Below are positions 48,398 through 58,848 of a stretch of 64,000 nt of DNA, one piece after another. The notes under the pieces are model-generated. The model did no database searches. It was not told the DNA's origin and was given only the letters and a program-made list of their open reading frames with translations. The first letter of the stretch is position 1, and every line of letters begins with the position of its first letter. Source of the stretch: Atribacterota bacterium (GTDB lineage Bacteria > Atribacterota > Phoenicimicrobiia > Phoenicimicrobiales > Stramentimicrobiaceae); assembly GCA_040767965.1 (NCBI GenBank), contig JAXGNR010000006.1:155178-219177 (forward strand), given 5' to 3'. The position numbers and the translations under genes are program-made.

Positions 48398-49777
48398 TTA
48401 TATATATTCTAATGTTTTTTCTGCTTCCTTGATGCTCTCTTTTACTTTTTCTATAGAAGTACCTCCATAGGAATTTTTGGAGTTTACAACATCTGCAGGA
48501 CTTAAAATACTTAATACATCATCCTGGAAAGTAGAATGGAAATTTTTAAATTCTTCCAGGTTAAGATGTTCTATATTCTTTTTTTTGTCAATACAATAAA
48601 GAACGATCTCTCCTACTATCCTATGTGCTTCCCTGAAAGCTATCCCTTTTTTTACCAGATAATCAGCAAGTTCAGTAGTATTAGAAAAATCTCCTTTAAG
48701 ACTATCTGTCATATTTTCTTGCTTAATATGGACAGTGGAAATCATCCCGGTCATAACAGTAAGAGATTTTTTTATTACTTCTACTGTATCAAACATTGGC
48801 TCCTTGTCTTCTTGCATATCATGATTATAGGTAAGAGGCAAAGCTTTCATAACATTAAGCAAAGCCATAAGATGGCCGTAAACTCTTCCTGTTTTTCCTC
48901 TTATTAATTCAGCTGCATCAGGGTTTTTCTTTTGAGGCATAATACTGCTTCCAGTGCAAAAAGAATCATCTAATTCAATAAAGTCAAACTCATTGGAAGA
49001 CCATAAAATTATCTCTTCGCTTAGACAGCTTAAATGTAACATTATCATAGCTGCATCAGAAAGAAATTCTATAATAAAATCTCTATCACTGACCGCATCA
49101 ATGCTATTTGGAGATACTTTGCTAAAGTTTAGTTCTATTGCTACAAACTGGCGATCAATTGGATATGATGTTCCACCTAAAGCAGCAGATCCCAGAGGTA
49201 GAACATCTACCCTTTTAAATAAGTCTTGTAATCTTTCCAGATCCCGGTTAAATTTAAAAAAATACGCCAGTAAGTGATGAGAAAAAAGTATCGGCTGAGC
49301 ATGTTGCAAGTGGGTATAGCCTGGCATAATTATCCCCAGGTACTTTTTGGAGACCATCAAAAGTATCTCCATTAGATCTTTTAATTTTTGCTGAATTATA
49401 TTAATTTCTTCTTTTAAATATAGTCTTTCATCCAGCGTTATCTGATCATTACGGCTGCGGGCAGTGTGTAGCTTGCCGGCAACATTGCCAATTTTTGCCA
49501 TTAATTGGCTTTCAACCCAGGTATGAACATCTTCAGACTGGTCGTCAACTGTTAAATTACCGGAATTAATCTCCTCCAAAATATTGCTTAATCCATTTAT
49601 AATTTTATTAGCCTCATCTTCAGCAATAATCTGACATTTTTTCAGCATTTTGGCATGAGCAATACTGCCCTGGATATCATACTTTACTAATTTTTTATCA
49701 AATCCGATAGAAGCTACAAAATCCAGCATAATACTGCTTATTTCTTTTTTAAATCGACCACCCCAGAGTTTGTCCAT
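48398..49777 (-). CDS. argH: argininosuccinate lyase
   Basis: KLWGGRF, LHTARSRNDQ, PGYTHLQHAQP, GSSIMPQKKNPD. Confidence 0.97.
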   Translation of the reverse strand: MDKLWGGRFKKEISSIMLDFVASIGFDKKLVKYDIQGSIAHAKMLKKCQIIAEDEANKIINGLSNILEEINSGNLTVDDQSEDVHTWVESQLMAKIGNVAGKLHTARSRNDQITLDERLYLKEEINIIQQKLKDLMEILLMVSKKYLGIIMPGYTHLQHAQPILFSHHLLAYFFKFNRDLERLQDLFKRVDVLPLGSAALGGTSYPIDRQFVAIELNFSKVSPNSIDAVSDRDFIIEFLSDAAMIMLHLSCLSEEIILWSSNEFDFIELDDSFCTGSSIMPQKKNPDAAELIRGKTGRVYGHLMALLNVMKALPLTYNHDMQEDKEPMFDTVEVIKKSLTVMTGMISTVHIKQENMTDSLKGDFSNTTELADYLVKKGIAFREAHRIVGEIVLYCIDKKKNIEHLNLEEFKNFHSTFQDDVLSILSPADVVNSKNSYGGTSIEKVKESIKEAEKTLEYI

Positions 49778-49805
49778 CTTTCTCCTCTAAATTTTCTTCT
49801 CTAAT

Positions 49806-51011
49806 TTATTTATTTTCTTTATTCACAGAAGCAAATACCTTATGAGGTAAACTCCAAAGTTGTATAAAACCTTTGGCATATTCCTGATTAAAAGTATCTC
49901 CTTCATCATAAGTAGCTAAATTAAAATCATAGAGTGAATTCTTTGATTTTCTTCCAACTACTACACTTTTGCCCTTATACAATTTTATTCTTACAGTCCC
50001 ATTGATTTTATTATTAGCAATTGCTATAAATCCATCCAAGGATTCCTTTAACAGAGAAAACCATAATCCATTGTATGTTAGCTCAGCATATTTTTGAGAA
50101 ATAATTTGTTTAAAATGAGACATGTCTTTTGGGAATACCAACCCTTCCAAAGCATTAATCGCCTGTAATAAAATAACTGCTCCTGGACATTCATAAATTT
50201 CTCTGGACTTAATCCCCACCAACCTGTTTTCCACCAGATCTATTCTGCCAACACCATTCTGACCTCCAATGTTATTTAGCTTAACTATTAATTCAGTTAA
50301 TGGCATTGCTTCATCATCGATCCTGACAGGAATACCTTTTTCGAAATAGATTTCCAAATAAGTTGGCTTATCCGGGGCTTTTTCTGGACTTATTGTCCAT
50401 TCATAGGCTTCTTCTGGCGATTCTATCCAGGGATCTTCCAGTACACCACATTCACATGACCTACCCCAAAGATTTTGGTCTACGCTATAAGGATTTTGAA
50501 CATCTACGGGGACAGGAATATTGTATTTTTTTGCGTAATCAATTTCTTCTTCCCTGGTAAAACCCCATTCTCGGGCTGGTGCTATTACCTGTAATGCAGG
50601 ATTAAGGGCTGCTATTGCTGCTTCAAACCTTACTTGATCATTTCCTTTGCCTGTACATCCATGGGCAATAGCTTCCGCTTTTTCTTCCTCTGCTAAATCA
50701 ACAAGTATTTTGGAAATTAGAGGTCTCGAGTAAGCAGTTGCTAAAGGGTACTGTCCCTCATATATCGCCCCTGCCTGCAAACCTTTTAAAACATATTCCC
50801 GGGCAAATTCTTCTTTCGCATCAACAACCACTGATTTGTTTGCTCCAACCTGCAGTGCTTTTTCTTTCACAAATTTTAAATCAATATTTTGCCCAACATC
50901 AACTGCTAATGTAACTACCTCTTCGCAATAATTATCTTTTAGCCACCTAATAGCTATGGAGGTATCTAATCCTCCTGAATAAGCTAATACAATTTTTTTT
51001 ATTTTACTCAT
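49806..51011 (-). CDS. argG: argininosuccinate synthase
   Basis: LAYSGGLDTS, HGCTGKGNDQVRFE, SVDQNLWGRS, ENRLVGIKSREIYE. Confidence 0.97.
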   Translation of the reverse strand: MSKIKKIVLAYSGGLDTSIAIRWLKDNYCEEVVTLAVDVGQNIDLKFVKEKALQVGANKSVVVDAKEEFAREYVLKGLQAGAIYEGQYPLATAYSRPLISKILVDLAEEEKAEAIAHGCTGKGNDQVRFEAAIAALNPALQVIAPAREWGFTREEEIDYAKKYNIPVPVDVQNPYSVDQNLWGRSCECGVLEDPWIESPEEAYEWTISPEKAPDKPTYLEIYFEKGIPVRIDDEAMPLTELIVKLNNIGGQNGVGRIDLVENRLVGIKSREIYECPGAVILLQAINALEGLVFPKDMSHFKQIISQKYAELTYNGLWFSLLKESLDGFIAIANNKINGTVRIKLYKGKSVVVGRKSKNSLYDFNLATYDEGDTFNQEYAKGFIQLWSLPHKVFASVNKENK

Positions 51012-51083
51012 ACTATCTCCTTGTAAAGCAATATTATCTAAGCCATTCTTTAAAAATATTCTTAAAATAATCCTGTTATCCTG

Positions 51084-52277
51084 TTACATCATACTTTGAA
51101 ACACTTTTTCCAACACTTCAACCAGATGGTCTATTTCCATCTCTTGGACTATCAATGGAGGTAAAAATCGTAATACATTATCAGCAGTGCAATTCATTAA
51201 TATTCCTTCTTTGACCATTTTTTGGACTATCTCTGGACCATTTTTAACGACCTCTATTCCTACCATTAAACCTATTACTCTAATTTCTTTCACAAAATCT
51301 GGATATTTTTCTTTCAATATTGATAGTTTATCCTGGAAATAATTTCCTCTGTTCTGGCAAGCTTCTAGTAAATTGTCTTCTTCTAAGGTATTTAAAAATG
51401 CTAGCGCAGCTGCGCAAGCTACAGGGTTTCCTCCAAAGGTTGTTCCATGATCACCAGGTTTAAAGACTGAAGCAATATTATCTTTTGCTACTAATGCTCC
51501 AATTGGCAATCCTCCTCCAAGTGGTTTTGCTAAAGTAAACATATCTGGTTCAATATTGTAATTTTGATAAGCAAACATCTTGCCAGTCCTACCTAAACCA
51601 CACTGTATTTCATCAAAAATTAATAAGATATTATTTTTATTACAAAAACCCCGTAAGCCTTCCATAAATTCCTCAGTTGCTATATGTATTCCACCCTCTC
51701 CCTGTACAGGTTCAACCAAAACAGCAGCGACTTCTTCATCATAAGCTTCTTTTACAGAATCAATATTATTAAAAATTGCTTGCTTAAAGGCAGGCAAGAC
51801 AGACTTGTAGTCTTTTTGATACTTTTCTTTTCCGGTAGCAGCTAAAGTAGCTATAGTTCTTCCATGAAAAGAATCCTTCATGTAGATTATCTTATATTTA
51901 TTTTCATTTTTTTCCTTAAAATATTTTATAGCTAATTTTATAGCTGCCTCATTTGCCTCTGCTCCACTATTACTAAAAAATACTTTATCTCCACAGGATA
52001 ACTCTACTAATTTTTTTGCTAATAAGATTTGAGGGGCATTATAGAAAAGATTAGAACAATGTATCATTTTTTGTGCTTGCTTGTGAATTGCATCCACAAT
52101 TTTTGGATGACTATACCCTAAACTATTAACAGCAATACCTCCAATAAAATCATAATACAAATTCCCATCTAAATCCCAAACCTTTAAACCTTCACCTTTA
52201 TCCAGTACCATTGCCGGTTGTTTGTAAGTTTGGAATAAATATTTTTCCTCATCCTTTATAAGTTGTTCGGTTTTCAT
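51084..52277 (-). CDS. argD: acetylornithine aminotransferase
   Basis: GIAVNSLG, NSGAEANEAAIK, SFHGRT, EPVQGEGG, DEIQCGLGRTG, LAKPLGGG, HGTTFGGNP. Confidence 0.95.
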   Translation of the reverse strand: MKTEQLIKDEEKYLFQTYKQPAMVLDKGEGLKVWDLDGNLYYDFIGGIAVNSLGYSHPKIVDAIHKQAQKMIHCSNLFYNAPQILLAKKLVELSCGDKVFFSNSGAEANEAAIKLAIKYFKEKNENKYKIIYMKDSFHGRTIATLAATGKEKYQKDYKSVLPAFKQAIFNNIDSVKEAYDEEVAAVLVEPVQGEGGIHIATEEFMEGLRGFCNKNNILLIFDEIQCGLGRTGKMFAYQNYNIEPDMFTLAKPLGGGLPIGALVAKDNIASVFKPGDHGTTFGGNPVACAAALAFLNTLEEDNLLEACQNRGNYFQDKLSILKEKYPDFVKEIRVIGLMVGIEVVKNGPEIVQKMVKEGILMNCTADNVLRFLPPLIVQEMEIDHLVEVLEKVFQSMM

Positions 52278-52350
52278 TGTTTTTCCTCCTCCTATTATTT
52301 AATATTATTCATATTTTATATTATAAATATCTTATCTTAGTTCTTAGTTT

Positions 52351-53229
52351 TTAAGAAACAAATTCAGTTCCAATTCCATTGTGTGTAAATAATTCTAAAA
52401 GTATGGAATGGGTAATCTTGCCATTAAGAAAATGCACTTTTTTAACCTCATTTTCTAATGCTTTTATAGCTGATGTAACCTTAGGAATCATTCCTTTTTG
52501 AATTTGCCCTGATTTAAACATGCTTTTTGCTTCATCGACTGTGATGCTACTGATAACAGAATCGGCATCTTCCACATTTTTTAATATTCCATCTACATCA
52601 GTTAAATAGATTAACTTTTCCGCATGCAGGGCAACAGCCAATTCACCGGCTACTGTATCAGCATTAATATTATATCTGTCTCCATTATCATCAACTCCAA
52701 CTGTTGCAATAACCGGAATATAATTTTTTTCCAATAAGATATACAAGATCGCTGGATTTATTTTTTTAATCTCTCCTACAAAGCCTATGTCAGCTGAACT
52801 ATACTTGTCAACTTGAATTAATTGTGCATCTTCTCCACTAAGACCGATTCCCAGAACTCCATTACCATGGTCTTCAGAAATACAAAGATTAATTTCTGCC
52901 ACCAGACGGGTATTAATTTTACCGGTCAAAACCATTTCAGTAATATCCATGGTATCACGATCAGTAACCCGAAGACCATTAACAAACTGTGGAACTTTAT
53001 TTTGTTTTTTCATTTCCAATGATATCTCTGGACCACCACCGTGAACAATAACCGGCTTCATTCCAATATACCTTAATAGAATTATATCTTTTATTATTGA
53101 TTTTTCTAATGTTGTATTCTCCATTGCGCTTCCGCCATATTTTATGACCACAATTTTATTCCAGAATCTTTTTATATAAGGAAGTGCTTCAACTAAAATA
53201 TCAGCACGATAATTATTTTTTTCTAACAT
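52351..53229 (-). CDS. argB: acetylglutamate kinase
   Basis: EALPYI, VIKYGGSAM, VHGGGP, GLRVTD, YNINAD, GMIPK. Confidence 0.97.
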   Translation of the reverse strand: MLEKNNYRADILVEALPYIKRFWNKIVVIKYGGSAMENTTLEKSIIKDIILLRYIGMKPVIVHGGGPEISLEMKKQNKVPQFVNGLRVTDRDTMDITEMVLTGKINTRLVAEINLCISEDHGNGVLGIGLSGEDAQLIQVDKYSSADIGFVGEIKKINPAILYILLEKNYIPVIATVGVDDNGDRYNINADTVAGELAVALHAEKLIYLTDVDGILKNVEDADSVISSITVDEAKSMFKSGQIQKGMIPKVTSAIKALENEVKKVHFLNGKITHSILLELFTHNGIGTEFVS

Positions 53230-53252
53230 TTCCCACCTACCAAATTCTTATT

Positions 53253-54485
53253 TTAATTATAATCAGTATTGATTTTTACATATTCATAGCTCAGATCACA
53301 ACCCCAGGCAGTGGCATTACAGTTACCTATTTTTAAATCTACAATTATCTTTATTTCATCTGATTTTTGTAGATAATCCTTAATAATATCTCTTGAATAT
53401 ACCAGAGGCTGACCATTTTCAACAATCTTTTCCTTCAAATAAAGATCTGTTTTTGCCGGATCAATCTTTGCTCCTGAATAACCAACTGCAGCCAGTATTC
53501 TCCCCCAATTCGGATCTCTTCCAAAAATAGCAGTTTTTACCAGTAGGGAATCGATTACTGCTTTTGCCGCTTTTTCAGCATCTTTTTCTGTTAAAGCATT
53601 TAATATTTTTGTTTCAATTAGCTTTGTAGCACCTTCACCATCCTGAGCAATAGATTTAGCCAAATATTCAGCAATATGATAAAGTGCTTCTAAAAATAAT
53701 TTGTAATTTTTATTTTTTTCAGTTATTACAGAATTCTTTGCCAGCCCATTAGCCATTAACAGCACCATGTCATTGGTACTTGTATCACGATCAACACTTA
53801 CCATATTAAAAGTCTTTTTAATAACCTCTTGTAATGCTTCATACAGTAAATTTTCATCAATTGCCAGATCAGTAGTAATAAAACCAAGCATAGTAGCCAT
53901 ATTGGGATGGATCATCCCGGATCCTTTAGCCATACCGCCGATTCTTATTTCCTGACCATCAATTTGGAAACTGAAGGCAATCTCTTTTTTTCTGGTATCA
54001 GTAGTTAAAATTGCTTCTGCAGCTGAAGTACCTCCTGAATCTGTTAAAAGAGGAATAGCCTTTTTAATGCCATCTTTTATTTTCGTTAAAGGCAAGAATT
54101 CCCCAATTTTACCAGTAGAGGTTACTGCAACTAAATTTCTTGCAATCTGTAACCCTTCTGCTACATAATCAACTGTTACCCAGGCATCCTGTATACCTTT
54201 TTCTCCAGTACAGGCATTTGCTATTCCGCTATTTACTAAAACAGCTTGTAATTTTCCTTTTGATTGGCATAAGTTTTCTGCTGTTACTAATAAAGGTGCA
54301 GCTTTAAACTGATTTGTTGTATATACTCCACAGGCATTGGCAATTTTTTCTGAAAAAATTAGTGCTAAATCATTTCTTTGCACTCTAATACCGCAATTTA
54401 CACCAATTGCCTTATATCCCTTTGGATAAGTTATGGCATTATCTTTAATCAATTGATATTTATCTTTATTATTATTTATTTCCAT
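53253..54485 (-). CDS. argJ: ornithine acetyltransferase / amino-acid acetyltransferase ArgJ
   Basis: NSGIANACTG, ILTTDT, AKGSGMIHPNMATML, DTSTND, DGEGATK, DPNWGRI, GCDLSYEYV. Confidence 0.97.
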   Translation of the reverse strand: MEINNNKDKYQLIKDNAITYPKGYKAIGVNCGIRVQRNDLALIFSEKIANACGVYTTNQFKAAPLLVTAENLCQSKGKLQAVLVNSGIANACTGEKGIQDAWVTVDYVAEGLQIARNLVAVTSTGKIGEFLPLTKIKDGIKKAIPLLTDSGGTSAAEAILTTDTRKKEIAFSFQIDGQEIRIGGMAKGSGMIHPNMATMLGFITTDLAIDENLLYEALQEVIKKTFNMVSVDRDTSTNDMVLLMANGLAKNSVITEKNKNYKLFLEALYHIAEYLAKSIAQDGEGATKLIETKILNALTEKDAEKAAKAVIDSLLVKTAIFGRDPNWGRILAAVGYSGAKIDPAKTDLYLKEKIVENGQPLVYSRDIIKDYLQKSDEIKIIVDLKIGNCNATAWGCDLSYEYVKINTDYN

Positions 54486-54546
54486 TATTTATCCCTCCTT
54501 TTTTCTAAATATCAAATATATTCTCAATTAAACAGTATAAAAATAT

Positions 54547-55590
54547 CTATACTAAACCAGATTCTTCTGGAAAACCAAACATTAAATTCATATTTTGTAC
54601 AGCTTGTCCAGAGGCTCCTTTAACCAGGTTATCTATGGCAGAAATAATCTTTATTTTGTTAACTCTGCTGTCAACTGCAAATCCGATGTCGCAATAGTTT
54701 GTTTCATTAACAAATTTAATTTCTGGCAAAATAGAAGGATTAAAAATTCTTACAAAGGGAGCATCCTGATAAAACTCTTTATATATTTCCCATAAATCAT
54801 TTTCATTGACATTTTTTTCCATTTCCAGGTAACTGGTAGATAGTATCCCTCTGTTTATGGGCAACAAATGTGGGGTAAAAGATATTTTAATATCCTCACT
54901 CATTCCGTACAGATAGAATAATTCTTGTTCTATTTCAGAAATATGATTATGCATAGTACATTTATAGGCCTTAAAATTTTCATTGCATTCAGTAAAATGC
55001 AAACCCAGAGCAAGTTTTCTGCCAGCACCACTGGTGCCAGATTTAGAGTCAACAATGATTCCCTTTGGACTTACTAACTTATTTTTAAGCAAAGGAGCTA
55101 TCCCTAATATAACGCTGGTAGGATAACATCCCGGGTTAGCAACCAGGGAAGATTTTATAATTATGTCTTTATAAAGCTCAGGTAGACCATATACTGCTTT
55201 TTTAAGTACACTTTTACTCTTTTCAGTATGCTCCTTTTTATACCAGAATGCGTAATTGTCTGGATCTTTAATCCGAAAATCTGCACTTAAGTCAATTATT
55301 TTCAGTTCTTTTCTATTTGATAAATCAGTAACAATATCCAACGAGACAGTATGCGGTAATGCAGTAAATACTACATCTGAATCAGCAGAAATTTTATCAA
55401 TATCAAGTTCGATCAGATTTTTATCCAACTGATGTAAAAATTCTGGAAATATTTCATTTATATTCTTACCAGCATAACTTGCTGAAACTAAATTGGTTAA
55501 TTCAACCTGGGGATTCTTTAATAATATTTTGATCAACTCTCTGCCAGAATAACCAGTTGCTCCTATAATACTGACTTTAATTTTTTTCAT
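54547..55590 (-). CDS. argC: N-acetyl-gamma-glutamyl-phosphate reductase
   Basis: GATGYSG, DLSADFR, YGLPE, ANPGCYPT, SGTSGAG, IDNLVKGASGQAVQN. Confidence 0.97.
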   Translation of the reverse strand: MKKIKVSIIGATGYSGRELIKILLKNPQVELTNLVSASYAGKNINEIFPEFLHQLDKNLIELDIDKISADSDVVFTALPHTVSLDIVTDLSNRKELKIIDLSADFRIKDPDNYAFWYKKEHTEKSKSVLKKAVYGLPELYKDIIIKSSLVANPGCYPTSVILGIAPLLKNKLVSPKGIIVDSKSGTSGAGRKLALGLHFTECNENFKAYKCTMHNHISEIEQELFYLYGMSEDIKISFTPHLLPINRGILSTSYLEMEKNVNENDLWEIYKEFYQDAPFVRIFNPSILPEIKFVNETNYCDIGFAVDSRVNKIKIISAIDNLVKGASGQAVQNMNLMFGFPEESGLV

Positions 55591-55645
55591 ATCTTTTCTC
55601 CTGTCCTGTACTATATTAAATGAAATATAGTATAAATATAGATCA

Positions 55646-58600
55646 TTAATATTTATCCCAGCTATTCGCTTTTAAATCTTCGACCTTAACATCATTAATA
55701 GCTTCAACAAATCTTTTTGCAAAGGTAATATTGGTAATTAAAGGAATATCAAAATCAACTGCTTTTCTTCTAATGGTGTAATCATTGTCTAATTCTTTGC
55801 TTTCAGTATTTTTTGGTATATTGATTACTAAATCAATTTTTTTACTTGTAATATAAGTAACAATATTGGGTTCCAGTTTTTCATCTGGCCAATGTAACAC
55901 TTCTGCATCTATACCATTTTCTTTCATAAAATTAGCTGTCCCTCTGGTTGCATAAAACTTAAAATTCATTTTTTTTAGTATTTTTGTACTTTCTAAAAAA
56001 TCAACCTTACTTTCCAGTGGACCAGTAGAAAGAAGGATAGTCTTCTTCGGCAACCTAAAACCTACAGAAAGTAAGCTTTTCAGAAGTGCTTCATTAAAGT
56101 TATCACCTAAACAGGCAACTTCTCCGGTAGAAACCATTTCTACTCCTAAAACTGGATCAGAACCTTTTAACCTGGAAAAAGAAAATTGAGGAGCTTTTAT
56201 CCCGACATAATCCAGATCCAGAAAAGATGAATTAACTTCAGCCACTTCTTTTTCCATAATTACTTTAGTTGCCAAATCAATAAAATTGTATTTGGTAACT
56301 TTAGAAACAAAAGGAAAACTTCTGGAAGATCTAAGGTTGCATTCGATTACTTTAATCTTATTATCTTTGGCAATAAATTGTATATTGAATGGGCCACTAA
56401 TCTGTAGTGAATCAGCAATTTGTTTAGTGACTACCTTTATCTGACGTAATGTTTCTAAAAATGTCCTTTGTGGAGGTAAAACTATGGAAGCATCACCTGA
56501 ATGAACACCAGCATTTTCAATATGTTCTGAAACAGCATAACATATCAGCTTCCCTTTATCAGCAACAGCATCAACTTCAATTTCTTTGGCATTAACAATA
56601 AATTTACTTACTACTACAGGATGATCTTTACTGATCTTAGAAGCCTTTTTCAGATATTTATTCAGCTCTCTTTTATTTAAAGCAATACTCATGGCTGCTC
56701 CGCTAAGAATATAGCTTGAACGGATCATTACTGGATAGCCTACTCTATTAGCAAAATTTTCTGCCTCTTCCAAACTTGTTAATTCTTCCCATTCTGGTTG
56801 GTCGATTCCCAGTTTATCCAGTAAACTTGAAAATTTATGACGGTCTTCAGCCATATCAATTTTAGACGGATGTGTTCCCAAAACATTAATCCCGGCCTCC
56901 TGAAATTTAATTGCCAGGTTATTGGGAATTTGCCCTCCCATTGAAATTATTACCCCTAAAGGGTTTTCTTTTTCATAGATATCAGCTATCCTTTCAAAGG
57001 TAAGTTCATCGAAATAAAGCTTATCACAAATATCATAATCAGTACTGACAGTTTCTGGGTTGTAATTAATCATTATTGTATTGTATTTTAACTCTTTTAG
57101 CGTTCTCACCGCATTAACACAACACCAGTCAAATTCAACTGAAGAACCTACCCGATAAGGTCCTCCTCCTAACACTATTACCTGTGAACTACTCTCAAAG
57201 CTCAGATCATCTTCCTCACCGTGATAGGTAAGATAAAGATAATTAGCTTTGGCAGGATATTCTGCTGCTAAGGTATCAATTTTTTTCACAAAAGGAAGTA
57301 TTCCCAATTTTTTTCGTTTATCTCTGACTTTCAATTCATTAGTATTGGTAACCAGTGCGATTTGTTGGTCAGAAAAGCCATCTCTTTTGGCTTCTTTGAA
57401 AAGATTGACTGGCAACTCTGCAAATCGATAGTTAGACATTTCTTTTTTTATATCAATAATATTCTTCATTTTATACAAAAACCAGGGATTAACCTGAGTA
57501 AGCTGGTGAATTTTTTCAATGGTATACCCCTGCTCTATAGCTGCTGATATGGCAAACATTCTTTTGTCTGTAGGTTTTTTCATTTCCTTTTCTAAATTTT
57601 CAAACTTTATATTATTACAAACAAGTCCATTCATTCCAATATCCAGCATGCGGATTGCTTTTTGTAAAACTTCTTCATAGTTTCTGCCAATTGCCATCAC
57701 TTCACCCACTGATTTCATTTCTGATCCAATATTAGTACTAACTTTCTTGAATTTTTCTAAATCCCATCTGGGGTATTTTAAAACAACATAGTCTATCGCA
57801 GGTTCAAAACAGGCTGAGGTTACCTGGGTGATAATGTTCTTTAGCTCGGTCAACCCATATCCTAAAGAAAGTTTTGCTGCAATAAAGGCTAAAGGATAAC
57901 CAGTTGCCTTGGAGGCAAGGGCAGAGCTTCTGCTTAAACGGGCATTCATTTCTATCACTCTATAATCTTCAGAATAAGGATCAAGAGCAAATTGCACATT
58001 GCATTCTCCAACAATTCCTAAATGTCTTACCAGTTTAATGGCCAAAGACCTTAACTTGAAATTTTCTGCAGAGCTTAAAGTTTGCACCGGGGCAACTACA
58101 ATACTTTCTCCGGTATGAATCCCCATTGGATCAACATTTTCCATTGAACAAACTGTTATACAATTATCATGACAATCCCTAACTACTTCATATTCAATTT
58201 CTTTCCAGCCAGAAAGACATTCTTCAATAAGTATTTGTTTAGTATAAGAAAATGCCTTTTCTGCAATATTTTTTAATTGATTGCTATTATAAGCAACTCC
58301 TGAACCCAGGCCACCTAAGGCATATGCAATTCTACACATAACCGGAAAACCCAATTTTTTTGCAGAATCAAGAGCCTCTCCAACGCTGGTAACGGCAAAA
58401 CTTCTAGGTATTTTTAGATTAATTTCCTGTAATCTTTTACTGAAAAGCTTCCGGTCTTCTGTGTCTTGTATTGCCTCTACTGAAGTTCCCAAAACATCAA
58501 CTTGATACTTTGATAAAATACCTTTTTTATAAAGCTCTACTCCTACATTCAAAGCAGTTTGTCCGCCAAATCCCAGCAGAATACCCTCGGGCTTTTCTAT

Positions 58601-58840
58601 AGCAATAACTTTTTCTACAAAATATGCATCTACAGGCAAAAAATATATCTTATCTGCCATATATTCTGATGTTTGAACAGTAGCTATGTTCGGATTAACC
58701 AAGATTACCTGGATTTTTTCTTCTTTTAAGGCTTTTATAGCCTGACTTCCACAATAATCAAATTCTCCTGCTTCGCCAATTTTTATCGCACCAGAGCCTA
58801 GGATTAATACTTTTTTAAATTTCCTTCTTTTTATAATCAT
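55646..58840 (-). CDS. carB: carbamoyl-phosphate synthase large subunit
   Basis: GSGAIKIGEAGEFDY, GIHTGES, SRSSALASKATGYP, IDTLAAEYP, SSVEFDWC, ENAGVHSGD, MGS domain. Confidence 0.97.
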   Translation of the reverse strand: MIIKRRKFKKVLILGSGAIKIGEAGEFDYCGSQAIKALKEEKIQVILVNPNIATVQTSEYMADKIYFLPVDAYFVEKVIAIEKPEGILLGFGGQTALNVGVELYKKGILSKYQVDVLGTSVEAIQDTEDRKLFSKRLQEINLKIPRSFAVTSVGEALDSAKKLGFPVMCRIAYALGGLGSGVAYNSNQLKNIAEKAFSYTKQILIEECLSGWKEIEYEVVRDCHDNCITVCSMENVDPMGIHTGESIVVAPVQTLSSAENFKLRSLAIKLVRHLGIVGECNVQFALDPYSEDYRVIEMNARLSRSSALASKATGYPLAFIAAKLSLGYGLTELKNIITQVTSACFEPAIDYVVLKYPRWDLEKFKKVSTNIGSEMKSVGEVMAIGRNYEEVLQKAIRMLDIGMNGLVCNNIKFENLEKEMKKPTDKRMFAISAAIEQGYTIEKIHQLTQVNPWFLYKMKNIIDIKKEMSNYRFAELPVNLFKEAKRDGFSDQQIALVTNTNELKVRDKRKKLGILPFVKKIDTLAAEYPAKANYLYLTYHGEEDDLSFESSSQVIVLGGGPYRVGSSVEFDWCCVNAVRTLKELKYNTIMINYNPETVSTDYDICDKLYFDELTFERIADIYEKENPLGVIISMGGQIPNNLAIKFQEAGINVLGTHPSKIDMAEDRHKFSSLLDKLGIDQPEWEELTSLEEAENFANRVGYPVMIRSSYILSGAAMSIALNKRELNKYLKKASKISKDHPVVVSKFIVNAKEIEVDAVADKGKLICYAVSEHIENAGVHSGDASIVLPPQRTFLETLRQIKVVTKQIADSLQISGPFNIQFIAKDNKIKVIECNLRSSRSFPFVSKVTKYNFIDLATKVIMEKEVAEVNSSFLDLDYVGIKAPQFSFSRLKGSDPVLGVEMVSTGEVACLGDNFNEALLKSLLSVGFRLPKKTILLSTGPLESKVDFLESTKILKKMNFKFYATRGTANFMKENGIDAEVLHWPDEKLEPNIVTYITSKKIDLVINIPKNTESKELDNDYTIRRKAVDFDIPLITNITFAKRFVEAINDVKVEDLKANSWDKY

Positions 58841-58848
58841 AATTCCAC